A DNA stretch of 64,000 nt from Octopus vulgaris (taxonomy: Eukaryota): the NCBI GenBank assembly GCA_951406725.2, contig OX597825.1, forward strand, positions 44,392,001-44,456,000, in the 5' to 3' direction. The number at the start of each line of letters is the position of its first letter. The stretch's first letter is position 1. This document shows positions 26,469 through 38,429 of this stretch, in pieces. The notes under the pieces were generated by a model that did no database searches, had not been told where the DNA came from, and saw nothing but the letters and a program-made list of their open reading frames with translations. A program made the position numbers and the translations under genes.

Positions 26469-27293
26469 TTAACAACCACAACAACTTAGTTTTGGTCTCT
26501 GAGGACAACCCCAACAGAATTAAATTTACGTCTAATAATTCTAAGAATAAGAATTCTATATACCAATGTAAAATTACTTCCGGTACCGATGTCTATTTCT
26601 ATATTGGTGCTTCATCGTCCCAGTTATCTAAGAGAATTTCCAATCATTATTCTTCATTTAGGGATAGCAGTAGTACCACAGAGCTAAGTAAGTTGGTTTG
26701 GTATCTTAAAGACAACAATAAGGATTTTAAGTTAGATTAGTTCATCCTGTCCATCTGTTTCCCTTATGACAAGGCCAAAGGATTGCAACTCTGAACTTTT
26801 CCATATTCTCTTCTCTAAGAATCAGCTTGTTAACACACTTATAGAGCGATCTTACAAATATAAGCACTAGTAGAAACATACCTTTAGCTCATATAAGTGA
26901 GTTATACCAGTCTGTATAGTTTGAACATTCAGTTCACCTTGCCCTTTACTTCAATACAGAAATCTACTTCCAAGCCTTTGAACATTTTTCTACCAATATA
27001 TCCCTCTTTATTTGTCCTCTACTTATTATTTCTTTACCCCTTCTCTTCCTATGGCCTGCATTTGACGTCAGATCTACTAACAATTTTTTTAAAATACTTA
27101 ATAGCGTTCTGTTTATGCAGTCATCAAAATTGTCATAATGTCTTGCTGTTGAGATAGGTTCTCTTTCCTGATGAGAAGATTACATTATTTTACACCGTTT
27201 GTTCCTTTGGAATAAAACCAATGTTGTCCTCGAAACATACGTCGAAAGTAAAAGAATTTGAATAACACCTGCGTTCAACTCCATTTATTTACT
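26261..27293 (+). mobile_element. 5'-truncated Hydra-type PLE (GIY-YIG 3' part) in (TA)n
   Basis: SIYQCKI...FYIGASS...KRISNHYSSF...LSKLVWYLKD. HHR in the 3' end. (TA)n on both sides. Confidence 0.85.
27163..27248 (+). ncRNA. Type I hammerhead ribozyme
   Basis: ctttc-CTGATGA-gaaga...tcctc-GAA-ACatacGT-C-gaaag. Confidence 0.8.
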
Positions 27294-27433
27294 TATATAT
27301 ATATATATATAATATCTGTGATAAGACTGTGCATCATCATTAAGGAACTTTGGAAAACTGTTTACAACCTATATCTGCCTCTAATGGAACTATCTCCAAT
27401 ATCTCATGAGTATAACCTCACCCACTAAATGTA

Positions 27434-27524
27434 TTTTAGCTGATGAGTACGGGACACTTTTATCTGCTGCAATTTTTGCAACTTGTAATAAAGCCTGTCT
27501 TTGTATGAAACAATTGTACTAAAA
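27434..27524 (+). ncRNA. Type I hammerhead ribozyme in the 5' pLTR
   Basis: ttttag-CTGATGA-gtacgggaca...tgtctttgtat-GAA-ACaattGT-A-ctaaaa. Confidence 0.85.
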
Positions 27525-27671
27525 ACCAATCCATTCTTGTTGCTTCTTTCTCGTTTATAATCACCCCACATTACTGTATGGATAACACCATATTGTTTTT
27601 CTGGTGCATCTAAGTTAAGTACCACATTCAAGTAAATTCTTTGGAAGTTACTTGAATCTTAATTGCTTTGA

Positions 27672-30497
27672 TTGAATACATTCCCATACAGTCCGTATGT
27701 TTTTATGGTACTTAATTTCTCAACAAGAATGGAAAAAGTTAACATTGAGTTCTCCCCTAAAGACATCCCCTTACATAGTAAAGATGAATATAACTGGCTT
27801 CTCATTCATAGGATAAACGATTTCATTAAAAGAATCAGGTGGAAAACTTATCATTTTGATGTCAAACGAAAGAAGAACCCTCAGGAAAAGAATACCGAAA
27901 AGAACTTTGGAAGAATTTTTAGAAGTAGAAAGAGTCCACCTCAGAATCCACTCCTGGAGAATTTCGAGAAAGACTTACTAAATCTTATAGATGATATTAA
28001 CTTCAAGGAACACCCGTTAAGATATAATCCTCACCTTAGACACCTTAGGAACTTTATTCATTCAACCCGGTGCAAACAGGGAATCTTAGTACCAGCGGAT
28101 AAAACTGGCAATATGTATAGAGTAGATTACACTCTTTATAGTAAATTAATCATGAAAGAACTAAACTCCAAATATAAAATTACGACTAAGAATAATTTGA
28201 AAAAAGTAAACCTGGAGATAAAAGAGATTATGGAGAAATTAAATTTGACGGATAGAACAGAGCCGCTCAAACCATGCGAGCCCAGAATCAACCTTAAAGA
28301 CCACAAAAAGAATTTCTTGGAAAACCCTTCGGTAAGGTTGATTTGTCCAACTAAGTCGGACATTGGCCGACTTAGTAAATCTATCCTGGATACTGTTCTA
28401 CCCAAAATAACCCCTTTTCTTCCCTTAAGCCTATGGCTAAATACAGATGAAGTTCTAAAATGGTTTAACTCTCTAAATAATACTAGTAGTCTGTCCTTTA
28501 TTCAGTTCGATATAAATAGTTATTACTCTAGTATTTCCCCTATCCTGCTAAACAAATCACTAATTTTTGCTATGAATCGCTCCCTCATATCTAGAGAAGA
28601 AATCAATATTGTGCTACTAGCTAGGAAAACATTTATAGAATTTGAGGATAAGTTATGGACTAGAGCAAATACACCTAATTATTTTGATATACCCATGGGT
28701 TCCAATGACTCGGCTGAGGTAACTAACCTAGTGGGCGCGTATCTATTAAAATGCATAAGTAAGGATATTCCAGAACTACAGGGCGGTTTATATAGGGATG
28801 ATGCTCTGTTTGTTATCCCTAGTAATAATAAATCTAGTATAGAAAGGATTAGAAAGAGAATTAATAAGTTTTTTAAAGATTTTAACCTCAACATAACGTA
28901 TGAACCTGGCACCAAAATAGTTAATTTCCTAGATATTACGTTAGACCTTAACTCCAAGCTGCATTACCCATTTAGAAAGGAAGGCGAAATCACGAGATAC
29001 GTAAACAAATTATCCAACCATCCACCAAATATAATTGAATCTTTAGCCAGAAATATTTCATTAAGAATTTCAAAATTATCTTCAAATAAGGATATATTTA
29101 ACTCCCATTCTGAGCATTATAATACAGCGTTAACTAAGGCAGGATACAACCAAAAAATTACATTCATAGATAAGGGGAACTTACATACTCCTAATAAAGA
29201 AGTTATCATTAATCACATAAGCAGCAATATAGACCAGGCCCGAAATAGAAGTAGAAATAGATTCACGGTAACCGCAAATCTAGCGTACAAGCCCAATAAT
29301 TCAAATGGAAGTAAAAACCAAAGCATAAGTAATTCGGATAAAATGGAATTAGATAAATCAAAAATGCACACAAATTATAGTAGTAAGTACAATGACTTTG
29401 ATAAGATGAATGATAATAATAATTCTACGAACCCTGATTCTAATTCAAGGAAATTTAATAGAAATAAAAATAAAAAAGATATAGTATGGCTGAATATTCC
29501 TTTCAACTGTGCGATTCAATCGGATATACAGAGCAAATTCAAAGTAATTCTAGAAAAAAATTTCCCAATCTCTCATAGATATCATAGAATTATTTCTAAG
29601 AAAACAGTTAGAATTTCTTATTCAACCCTCCCAAATATGTCCACTTTAATAGCTAAGATTAATAATAACAACATTAAACTAGCCAGGAAAGATGAAAATA
29701 AAAATAATAATAACAACAGGAATACCAATAACAATTATAACAATACTAACAACAATAAACGCAACAATAGTAACTATCAAAACACGAATGAAATCAGTAA
29801 CCACAAAACGACTAATAATAATATTAGCAGTAATAAGAGTAGTAATAATACCAATACTAATAGAAGTAAAAATGTTAATAATAGAAGTAAGGATAATAGA
29901 GAAAACGCGGAGAAGGAAAATATCAATGATATCTATAGTAACAATATACAGTTTGTTAATAATGCTAACAATAATAGTAACATTACTAATAATGTAAATA
30001 ATCATGGTAGGACTTTAGACCTAAAAGATGGAGCAATAGGATCATTAAATAATAACAATGCTTTTGATAGCAGCACCAACTATAAAAATAATAATAATAA
30101 TAAGGATAATTATACTCATGATAATCATAATAATAAGAACATAAAACATCTACCCATGAATAATCCAACTTCTGAAGTTATTCCTCCTACGTGTAAGTGT
30201 AGAATTAAGTCAAGATGCCCGGCACCCGGTCTTTGCGGGGAAAATAACGTAATCTATAAATGTACCATATCTACTGAGAATAACAAATTTTTTTATATTG
30301 GGTGCACAATAAATTTTAATAAAAGAGTTAGAAACCACATCTCATCTTTTGGATTACGTCATAAAGCTGGTACCACCACACTTTCAAGTAAAATCTGGGA
30401 ACTCAAAAATAATAACAAGAATTATAATCTTAATTGGGAAATAGTTAGGAGAGCAATACCGTATAAAAATAGCAGGGTTGGTTGCCAACTCTGCTAA
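27672..30497 (+). CDS. PLE reverse transcriptase with C-terminal GIY-YIG endonuclease (941 aa; likely ATG at 27729; stop probably premature, frame continues to ~30614)
   Basis: ADKTGN, FDINSYYSSI, IPMGS, LYRDD, VNFLDITLDL, SNHPP, CKCR...CP...C, VIYKC...FYIGCT...KRVRNH and CQLC* followed by METYEIL...LLN...CVH. Confidence 0.92.
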   Translation: MNTFPYSPYVFMVLNFSTRMEKVNIEFSPKDIPLHSKDEYNWLLIHRINDFIKRIRWKTYHFDVKRKKNPQEKNTEKNFGRIFRSRKSPPQNPLLENFEKDLLNLIDDINFKEHPLRYNPHLRHLRNFIHSTRCKQGILVPADKTGNMYRVDYTLYSKLIMKELNSKYKITTKNNLKKVNLEIKEIMEKLNLTDRTEPLKPCEPRINLKDHKKNFLENPSVRLICPTKSDIGRLSKSILDTVLPKITPFLPLSLWLNTDEVLKWFNSLNNTSSLSFIQFDINSYYSSISPILLNKSLIFAMNRSLISREEINIVLLARKTFIEFEDKLWTRANTPNYFDIPMGSNDSAEVTNLVGAYLLKCISKDIPELQGGLYRDDALFVIPSNNKSSIERIRKRINKFFKDFNLNITYEPGTKIVNFLDITLDLNSKLHYPFRKEGEITRYVNKLSNHPPNIIESLARNISLRISKLSSNKDIFNSHSEHYNTALTKAGYNQKITFIDKGNLHTPNKEVIINHISSNIDQARNRSRNRFTVTANLAYKPNNSNGSKNQSISNSDKMELDKSKMHTNYSSKYNDFDKMNDNNNSTNPDSNSRKFNRNKNKKDIVWLNIPFNCAIQSDIQSKFKVILEKNFPISHRYHRIISKKTVRISYSTLPNMSTLIAKINNNNIKLARKDENKNNNNNRNTNNNYNNTNNNKRNNSNYQNTNEISNHKTTNNNISSNKSSNNTNTNRSKNVNNRSKDNRENAEKENINDIYSNNIQFVNNANNNSNITNNVNNHGRTLDLKDGAIGSLNNNNAFDSSTNYKNNNNNKDNYTHDNHNNKNIKHLPMNNPTSEVIPPTCKCRIKSRCPAPGLCGENNVIYKCTISTENNKFFYIGCTINFNKRVRNHISSFGLRHKAGTTTLSSKIWELKNNNKNYNLNWEIVRRAIPYKNSRVGCQLC

Positions 30498-32092
30498 ATG
30501 GAGACCTATGAAATTCTAAGGCATAGAAAAAATAGAAACTTGTTAAACAACCATATTGAAATAGGACAAGTTTGTGTCCACGCTAAATTGAAGACCCTAA
30601 AATATTTTAAGTGAATAAATGTATAGAACAATCGTAACAAGATAGGTAGATAAATATAACCGGGTCTTTAATAGTATAACATTATTTTTTAAGTAGATAT
30701 CTGCAATTTCTCACACTATACTTATCTTTTTCTTTGTAACTACACCTGATTTTAAACATTGGGAAATTTAAAATTGTATTCGTACATTGCTTAATTGAAA
30801 GTTTATCTAATTCTTAATTCTTAAATCTTAATTTTTAGTGTTTATTTAATTCTTAAATCTTAATTTTTAATTTTTAATTTTTAATTTTTAATTTTTAATT
30901 TTGGAACTTAATCTAGTTTAGGTAACACTACTTTAATAAATTAAGTTACTAAAGCTTAACAATTCTATTACAGAATTAATTAAGCGAAGAAACTCCCTTG
31001 AAAGTAGTATGATAAACTTCTATAAAATAGACAATTCCATCACACCTTGTTAATTAAATTCTAGATTTTGACCGGTAGTCCGTTAATGTTATTGATAGTA
31101 ACGGCTACAATTTTTAAGACAGTAACATGAATAAATAAATAAATAAATAATTTAAATGACCTTTGGTTAAGGGTTGCACTTAGATCCTTTCTCTTATTGT
31201 ATTTCCTTTTAGCGATAGCTATTGACTCCTCTACCCCTGACCTTGTTTATCGCTTTAAATTCTCTTTAGATTCATATCTGCTTTCATCCGTGTCGGGTTG
31301 ATAGTAAATAGCTGTGTACTGGTCAAAAAAATAATTTTCTTTCCTCATAGTTCCTGAATTCTTAAAGTTTCTTAAAGATTCAAGCTAACTAAGCTATCTA
31401 CAAATTCTTCTGTATTTGGTCACTTAAAAAAAAAAACCCTCCCGCTAAGTTGTCACAGTATATAGGCGCCTTTTCTTTTCTCCCCATTCCACTTTCTCTT
31501 TCTTTCTTTTCCTTTTTCTTCTTTTTTTCTTTTTCTTTCTCTTTCTTTTCCTTATTTCTTCTTCTTTTTCTTTTTCTTTTTTCCTTGTCTCTTTCCTTTT
31601 TCTTTCATCTTATTTTATTTTCTCTGCCCCACAAATAAATTCCTTCAGCCTTTAGAATTCTCAACATAGCAGTTTTGCACGGAGAGCAATAACATGGCAA
31701 ATTACCTTATCATATAGCATGAAATGATTGTGGATTAATAATGGTTAAATACATCGTCTGTGAGTATGAAATCCCTCATCTTACCACTGGAAATGTAAAT
31801 CTTCACTATGGATTAATTCACCTTTTCTGTGAAGCTAATAAGTCTTTAAAAACCTGTGATAAGTCTGTGCATCATCCTCTTCATATCTCTGGAAATTTAA
31901 ATCTACACCATGGATTGATTCATCTTCTCTTCGAAACTAATAAGTTTTTTAAAAATCTGTGATAAGACTGTGCATCATCATTAAGGAACTTTGGAAAACT
32001 GTTTACAACCTATATCTGCCTCTAATGGAACTATCTCCAATATCTCATGAGTATAACCTCACCCACTAAGATGTCTAGAGAACTCAAATGTA

Positions 32093-32183
32093 TTTTAGCT
32101 GATGAGTACGGGACACTTTTATCTGCTGCAATTTTTGCAACTTGTAATAAAGCCTGTCTTTGTATGAAACAATTGTACTAAAA
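32093..32183 (+). ncRNA. Type I hammerhead ribozyme in the 3' pLTR
   Basis: Same sequence as 27434-27524. Confidence 0.85.
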
Positions 32184-32211
32184 ACCAATCCATTCTTGTT
32201 GCTTCTTTCTC

Positions 32212-32302
<91 letters not shown>

Positions 32303-33659
32303 CATTTATACATACATTAATAATAGATGTATTTGTGCATGTGTGCATGAATAATTATTTCTGGCTCTTAGGTTCTCTTTTCTTTCCTCACCTTCCCTAT
32401 ATCTTATTTAACATCTCTTCTCTTTCTTCCGTTTAACCTATTATTTATCATAATAGTTTGCTGCCAATTGTCATTATCGGAAAAATGTTTGAATTACTAG
32501 GATTTTGGAATAATGTAGGCTTGAAGTTGATTCTTACGTCGAGTGATTTATGGTAATGTACGTATTATTATTTGTTTTTCATTGTTTGATACCATAGGTC
32601 ATTAAACTCATCTCTTTCTGTCAATATGAACAAATTACTGATCTTGTAAAACTTTTCTTGACTTTTAAAAAATCTAGCAGTTGAGATTTAAACCTTAATC
32701 AGTATCTACTAATAATCGTGTAACCATTGTAGCAATTTCCCATTAAATGTTAATGATGTGACGTGTATGCCATCTCTCCAGTTAAAGAATTTATGGCATC
32801 GCTGTTTAAAATTTGATACTCTAAGTTTTATAACACAAATGTGATTGAAATGTTTCCTATCAATGGCTCGTCTATCAAAATATCTACACACACGGTGAGC
32901 TACAAAATATAAAACATTTGCATATTTACTAGATCTGATCAATACAGCAGTAATATATCCCACTAAAGTATAGATCGACCTAGTAGAAATATATCGTCCA
33001 AAGAACTTTCAATATAAGCTGATTCATTTCTGGATCACACGGGTGATAATTTCTGCTCAGTGCAATAATGAAATTACAGATATATAAATTTACACCGATG
33101 TATTATGTTAATTGCAGCATTTTTAATGAGATAAGTTGGTAGCAAATTTTCTTCTTAGTTTCGAATCCTCTCGCTCAGTTTGGCCAAACTACATTTTCAT
33201 GAAAGTCATGAGCAGCTACGAGAAATTAACTGAATCGCTATTAAAGGCATGAACGCCCACAAGTACATTATCCAACGAATTAATGTCAACTGGTATGATT
33301 CCCCCCGCACCAAAAAAAGGTATACATGAAAGAAAGTTAAATGAAATTTCTTGTCAAATTCTAGAAAATTTGCTAAAAGTTATTAAAATCTGGAGTATTG
33401 AACTCAAAGACAGAACAACTTCAGATGCTACATGAAACTCTGTCACTCAGTTCCATTACAGTTCTGCTTCTAACAAGCATAAACAAATGTCATATAATAA
33501 GCTAAGATATTCCTGTGTTATGTAGAAATAGATTTTAAAATATCACATCACGATAACATTTATGTTTTAAATTCAACTAATTCATCGTACATATATAAAT
33601 ATAAGTGTTTGAAATAATAAAATACTGAAACGTGTATTAATATTATTAAGGTGGTCATT

Positions 33660-33880
33660 AAGACGGGCGTGTTGGCAGAATCGTTAACATACCGGACGAA
33701 TTGCTTAATGACATTTCGTTCGCCTTTTTTGTTTTTTACATTCTCACTTCAAATTCTACCGAGGTCAACTTTGCCTTTCATTCTCTCGGGGTCGATAAAA
33801 TAAGTACCAACTGATTACTGGAGTCAATGTAATCGATTACCCTACCCCCAGAATTGCTGGCCTTGTGTCAAAATTTGAAG
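33660..33880 (+). mobile_element. SINE (short family)
   Basis: Similar to 3800-4010. Confidence 0.6.
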
Positions 33881-36282
33881 TCATCCTCACTTTAACATGC
33901 AGCTTGACAGCATGCCTTCCTACTATTCTGTTTTACAAGTGATGTCCACCCATAAAATTGAACTCAGCTGGCCACTTACTTTATGTAATATCAGATCAGA
34001 TGAACATTCTGCGGAGTGTTTGGTAACATCGTGTAAAGAACAGAATTCTCAAGTAGTTATCCAGTACCCTATAACCTAACCATACTCACCCTGAACAAAA
34101 TGTCTTTGAAAGAAAAACATTGTAGTTTTGGAAATGTGAATACGTTGCAGAACAAGGATAAAATGTGCAATGTGCAATCGTAATTAGGCACTTGGATTGA
34201 ACTCAAACTTTCGTATTGGGAATAAATATCTACATATTTGGAGAACCGTGCATTTGGATTGTTCTGTAGGTCTGAACGAGTAGGAGCCGATCTAGACTAA
34301 ATAATTGGATTTCAATAAACTATTAGGCAGTATTTTGTAGAAACTAAAACAAAATGCATCATGACGATAGTTGGGTAACAAATCAATTTTTTTCTGCTTA
34401 TTATCTCGTCAAAATTGCTTATTCATTTCTTATAACACATTTAATTATTTTGATACACTAGTTCATACTGTCGTAATTTTTCCTTGGAGTTTTGAAACTA
34501 ATATATCACTTACTCTGCACATGATAGTATTATTTACTATGCTATCAATCTTTCGTATTTTACAGTTATCTCATACTGTATATACGCTACTTTTGTTAAA
34601 CGTCCATTCCTGTTCGGGCACTTGTTCTACATGTTGAAATATGTTTATAAATCTAGTGTATTTTCAAAAGTTTATTAATAATATGTTTTAGATTTTATTG
34701 TGAAATAAAATTTATTTTATAAAACAGAATCGAAGATTTAAAAAAATCTGCTCTTTTTTTCAATTGTAATCTTTTAGTAAATCTAATATGTCATGTACTA
34801 ACATGTTTCGATTCCTATCACCAACATAAATTACCAACATAAATAGCATGATTTATTTAAAAATTCATAATTCTAATTTGTATTTACTTTTTTCTTTATA
34901 TTTCATATTTTTAAACTTAACGATTGGCAATTCATATGGGAAATTCATATAAATATTGCCAATCGATCAAATAACAGTGACATTTTGTTTTCTATAAACG
35001 AAATAAAAATATTTGAAATATGTTAAATGATAATTGTGACGAATGTTCAGCCACTAGATGTCATAGGATAAAAACCTAAAGATATTTACAATTTTACTCA
35101 AGAATTTATTTATAAAATAGATTGTTGAAAGTATTAGTCCGACTTCTATAAGATAATAGTAATAAAATGCAGATGCAAGGCAAATATATAAGTATCGATT
35201 TTTTTCACGCATTGTAGAAAGGAATGAAAGGACTCAACTTATATAAATAACCAGCGACAAAAATATGAAAGAACAAAAAAACTGATTATACATCATCTGT
35301 AAAAAAATATATATACTAATACAGTATCATATGTTGACAGATAATGCTTCTTCTCCAGTGTGTGTTGTATTTATATGGAAACGGTCGATTTTATTCACGG
35401 GTTATTTCTATTGCCATCGATGATGTATAGACTAAACAGTATCAAGTTATTCATTAGAAGATATGTTATTCTTGTTCGCCAAACTTTAAAAAGAATACTT
35501 ACGCGTCATTAGTACCAATCGTCCTGATAAAACATCTACAGCAAAGATAAGTACAGTATAATGCCGTACATATCTTCAGAGGCTTTCTATTGAGTAAATG
35601 TTTTGCTGATGTAAAATATTGATCTCAAACACTTGAGTGCGACAAACTCTTGCAAAGGGAAGTCAATCTTTGACAAGTATGTTAGGTTACTCAGTCATTT
35701 AAATCAGTTTGTTGTCTGCTCCAAGCAGACTATAAACGATACGTAACAGCGCTGAAACATCATGCGCATGCGCATACACATTTAAATATTTTATACTAAA
35801 TACCAATGGCGTAAAACTAAAGAATTTCATAATAAGTATTCTAATATTACAAAAGAAGAATGCTATAAATCCCTCACAAGATATTTGAAAATCTTAATTG
35901 TATTCCCAAAAGCAGTGATAGATAAAAAAAAAAATTGTAAAGGTTACGATGAGGCATCCACTATATATGTACCACAAATGACACGATAGAACACTAGATA
36001 CTGAAGTATCTGATGAAAACCAGCAATATGAAACACACTTACTAATGCAATCCTTCGCAAAGAGTAATGGACTGCCCGGTGCAAGCTCACCGCAAAAGAT
36101 TTAATGTAGTTTACAAATGCCCCGCCCTAAATACGCTCTAAGAATCCAGTAAGATTTATATTCGAGTTACTGTTAATTTCAAGTAAAGATATTCTGCACA
36201 TTTAAACTCATTTAAATACAAAATAACAGTAGTCCTACATTTCTCGCAGAACATATACACTGCCTTAGAAAAAAGAGCATAC

Positions 36283-37557
36283 TCTATATCTATAAAACAG
36301 TCCTTGGACGAAAATAGTATGCACATTTTGCTTTGACGGTTAATGGCGGCCAGACCGAGGCTAGGATCGAGCTGAAAATTGGCAGGGATACTAAATGCGT
36401 GGTGAGGATGAGACCCGCGGTGGTTAACATTCGCAAGCTATAAATATGTGGTTGCTATGGCAAAAAGAGTGATTTTTTATCGATTCAAGGGGACCCAGAG
36501 CCCCTCTAGGTTTGTGCGATTGGCTTTTAATGCCCAGCGGCATGCACTGCAGGTTGTTGCGCCTAATAAACATACATTTTATCGCGAAATTCCGGCTACT
36601 AGGAAACGATTTTTCATTGTGAAAAACGAGTGCTTTTTGCCCTCTTTTTTAAAAAATCTTTTCCATAAATCGTAAAAATTTTCTACCATGACCTCACATT
36701 TTCTATGTATGTGTGCGTACCTTAATAGATGTGATTAGACAGAGGTCCAATAGAATTGAATGGACCGGCCGCTGGTCAAGATGTTCTTATAATTCAAATG
36801 TCTCTCACTCCGATACGATCTACATGTTTAAGCGGCTTCAATTTCCTATCAAACTCTCCTTGCAATGACAATAAATAAGGCACAGGGTCAATCGTTGCAA
36901 ATGGTTGGTTTATATCTTACAGAGAAAGTGGTCTCCAACGGTCAACTTTACGTTGGATGCTCCCGTGTTGGCAGGCCGCATCAGAAGGGAAAACAAGAAA
37001 CGTTGCCTACAAAGAAGCGCTCCACTGAAAAGACGGCATTTCTTCACATCTTTCAAATCACCCCAGTCATCTGCCGCCTGAAAAGCTTCGTAGTCGCAGT
37101 GCCAGCCAACGTAACTCAATGACACACACAGCTTCACTCACTCGCTCTATCTCTCTTTCTCACCCTCTTTCTCTCTCACATACACACATCCATTTCACAT
37201 ACCTTCTTTCAATTTCTGCTCCCTGCAAATAAAAGTTTTACGGATGCAACTGCTTACAAAAATAGGGATTAATGTATAATTTCTTTATATGCTCATAATT
37301 AAATAAATGTTTTAATGATTAGGCAGGGGTCCAATACAATAGCGCTCAGAAACAGACTACGTACAAACTCTTTCTCTACAACTCTTGAACCTGTTTTCTG
37401 AGGGGGGGGGGGAGTTTTCATACCGCTGGACGCTTCAATCGAAACAGGGGACCCGAAATGATAAGGTTGAGAAACGCTGTTATAGATTATGCCTAACCGA
37501 AAACGATCACACCCACATCATCCAAACAGACCGGGTGAAACCGGGCTTAACTGCTAG
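36283..37557 (+). mobile_element. Non-autonomous Helitron carrying a PIF1-type helicase C-terminal fragment
   Basis: 5' TCTATA...TATAAAA start. FPIKLSLAMTINKAQGQSL...GQLYVGCSRV at ~36840-36970. 3' hairpin CCGG-gtgaaa-CCGG (37531-37544) followed by CTAG|T. Confidence 0.85.
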
Positions 37558-38429
37558 TATATAATATATCTCCTCCATAACAAGGCCAAAATACCCCGTG
37601 CTGGTTATGTTTGAAGGAATCTACACAAATCCTGAGATATAACTCCAAACAATTATTAAATAAACAAAATAGAGCCGCCGCTTCGTGCGTTTATAAATTC
37701 TTTAAATCTTTTCGAATTGCGGGAAAAGGACTACCGCTGGTTCTCACTGATATATATTTTAGACGTCATATAAATCAGTTTAATTACCTTATCATGATAT
37801 CCTTTATGTCATTTTATTTTATAGATTCTCATTTTTCTTTTAATTCATGTTACATCCCACCTAGTTTATAATTAACCTAATACCTGTTCAGTTGCAACAC
37901 GATTGTTGTCAAATATATAACACCAGGACTTTTCTTCTCACGGTAATGGAGTTAAACACTGGTTACTAAAATATATAAAATTAATTTAACTTACCAGATT
38001 TCTTCGCTGAACATATTCAATTACTTTTATATTATGTATTATCCATTATAACTATATTTGTTTCATCCCTGAACCCTATAATTTCACTCTACGAGAACTT
38101 AGCAGAAGAGCCTTTTTTATCATTTATTCCCATCGACCTTACACATTCACTAACACTTTAAATTTTAAATTTAACATTTTAATATCATTTTTATATATAT
38201 CTAGTACCGTTGTTTGTAACTGGTTCCAGCCTAAATCTCTCCTCACTTCTAATCGTATCACGCTCACTGTTGTAGGGGCTGTGATTTGAGAACTTCATTA
38301 ACTTTCAAAACCACTTTAATACCATCCAACGCCCCCTCCACTCATGCTATCCGATGACTTTGGTCAATGCTGATGCTCAACGAAGAGATGAAACTGTTTT
38401 TCACTACTAGCATCAGCACAGAGGTCACA

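Larger units (their letters stand above)
27314..32213 (+). mobile_element. Full-length Penelope-like element (Hydra-type) with direct pseudo-LTRs
   Basis: pLTRs at 27314-27554 and 31955-32213 are near identical apart from an 18-nt indel. Single RT-EN ORF. (TA)n on both flanks. Confidence 0.93.

Noticed and set aside
27425-27631. 68-aa ORF repeated at 41246-41452 and partly at 32084-32305
   Set aside because: It is the antisense reading of the pLTR/HHR, and its recurrence reflects repeat identity rather than coding selection.
37324-37479. Complete hAT MITE
   Set aside because: No matching left TIR or 8-bp TSD was found.
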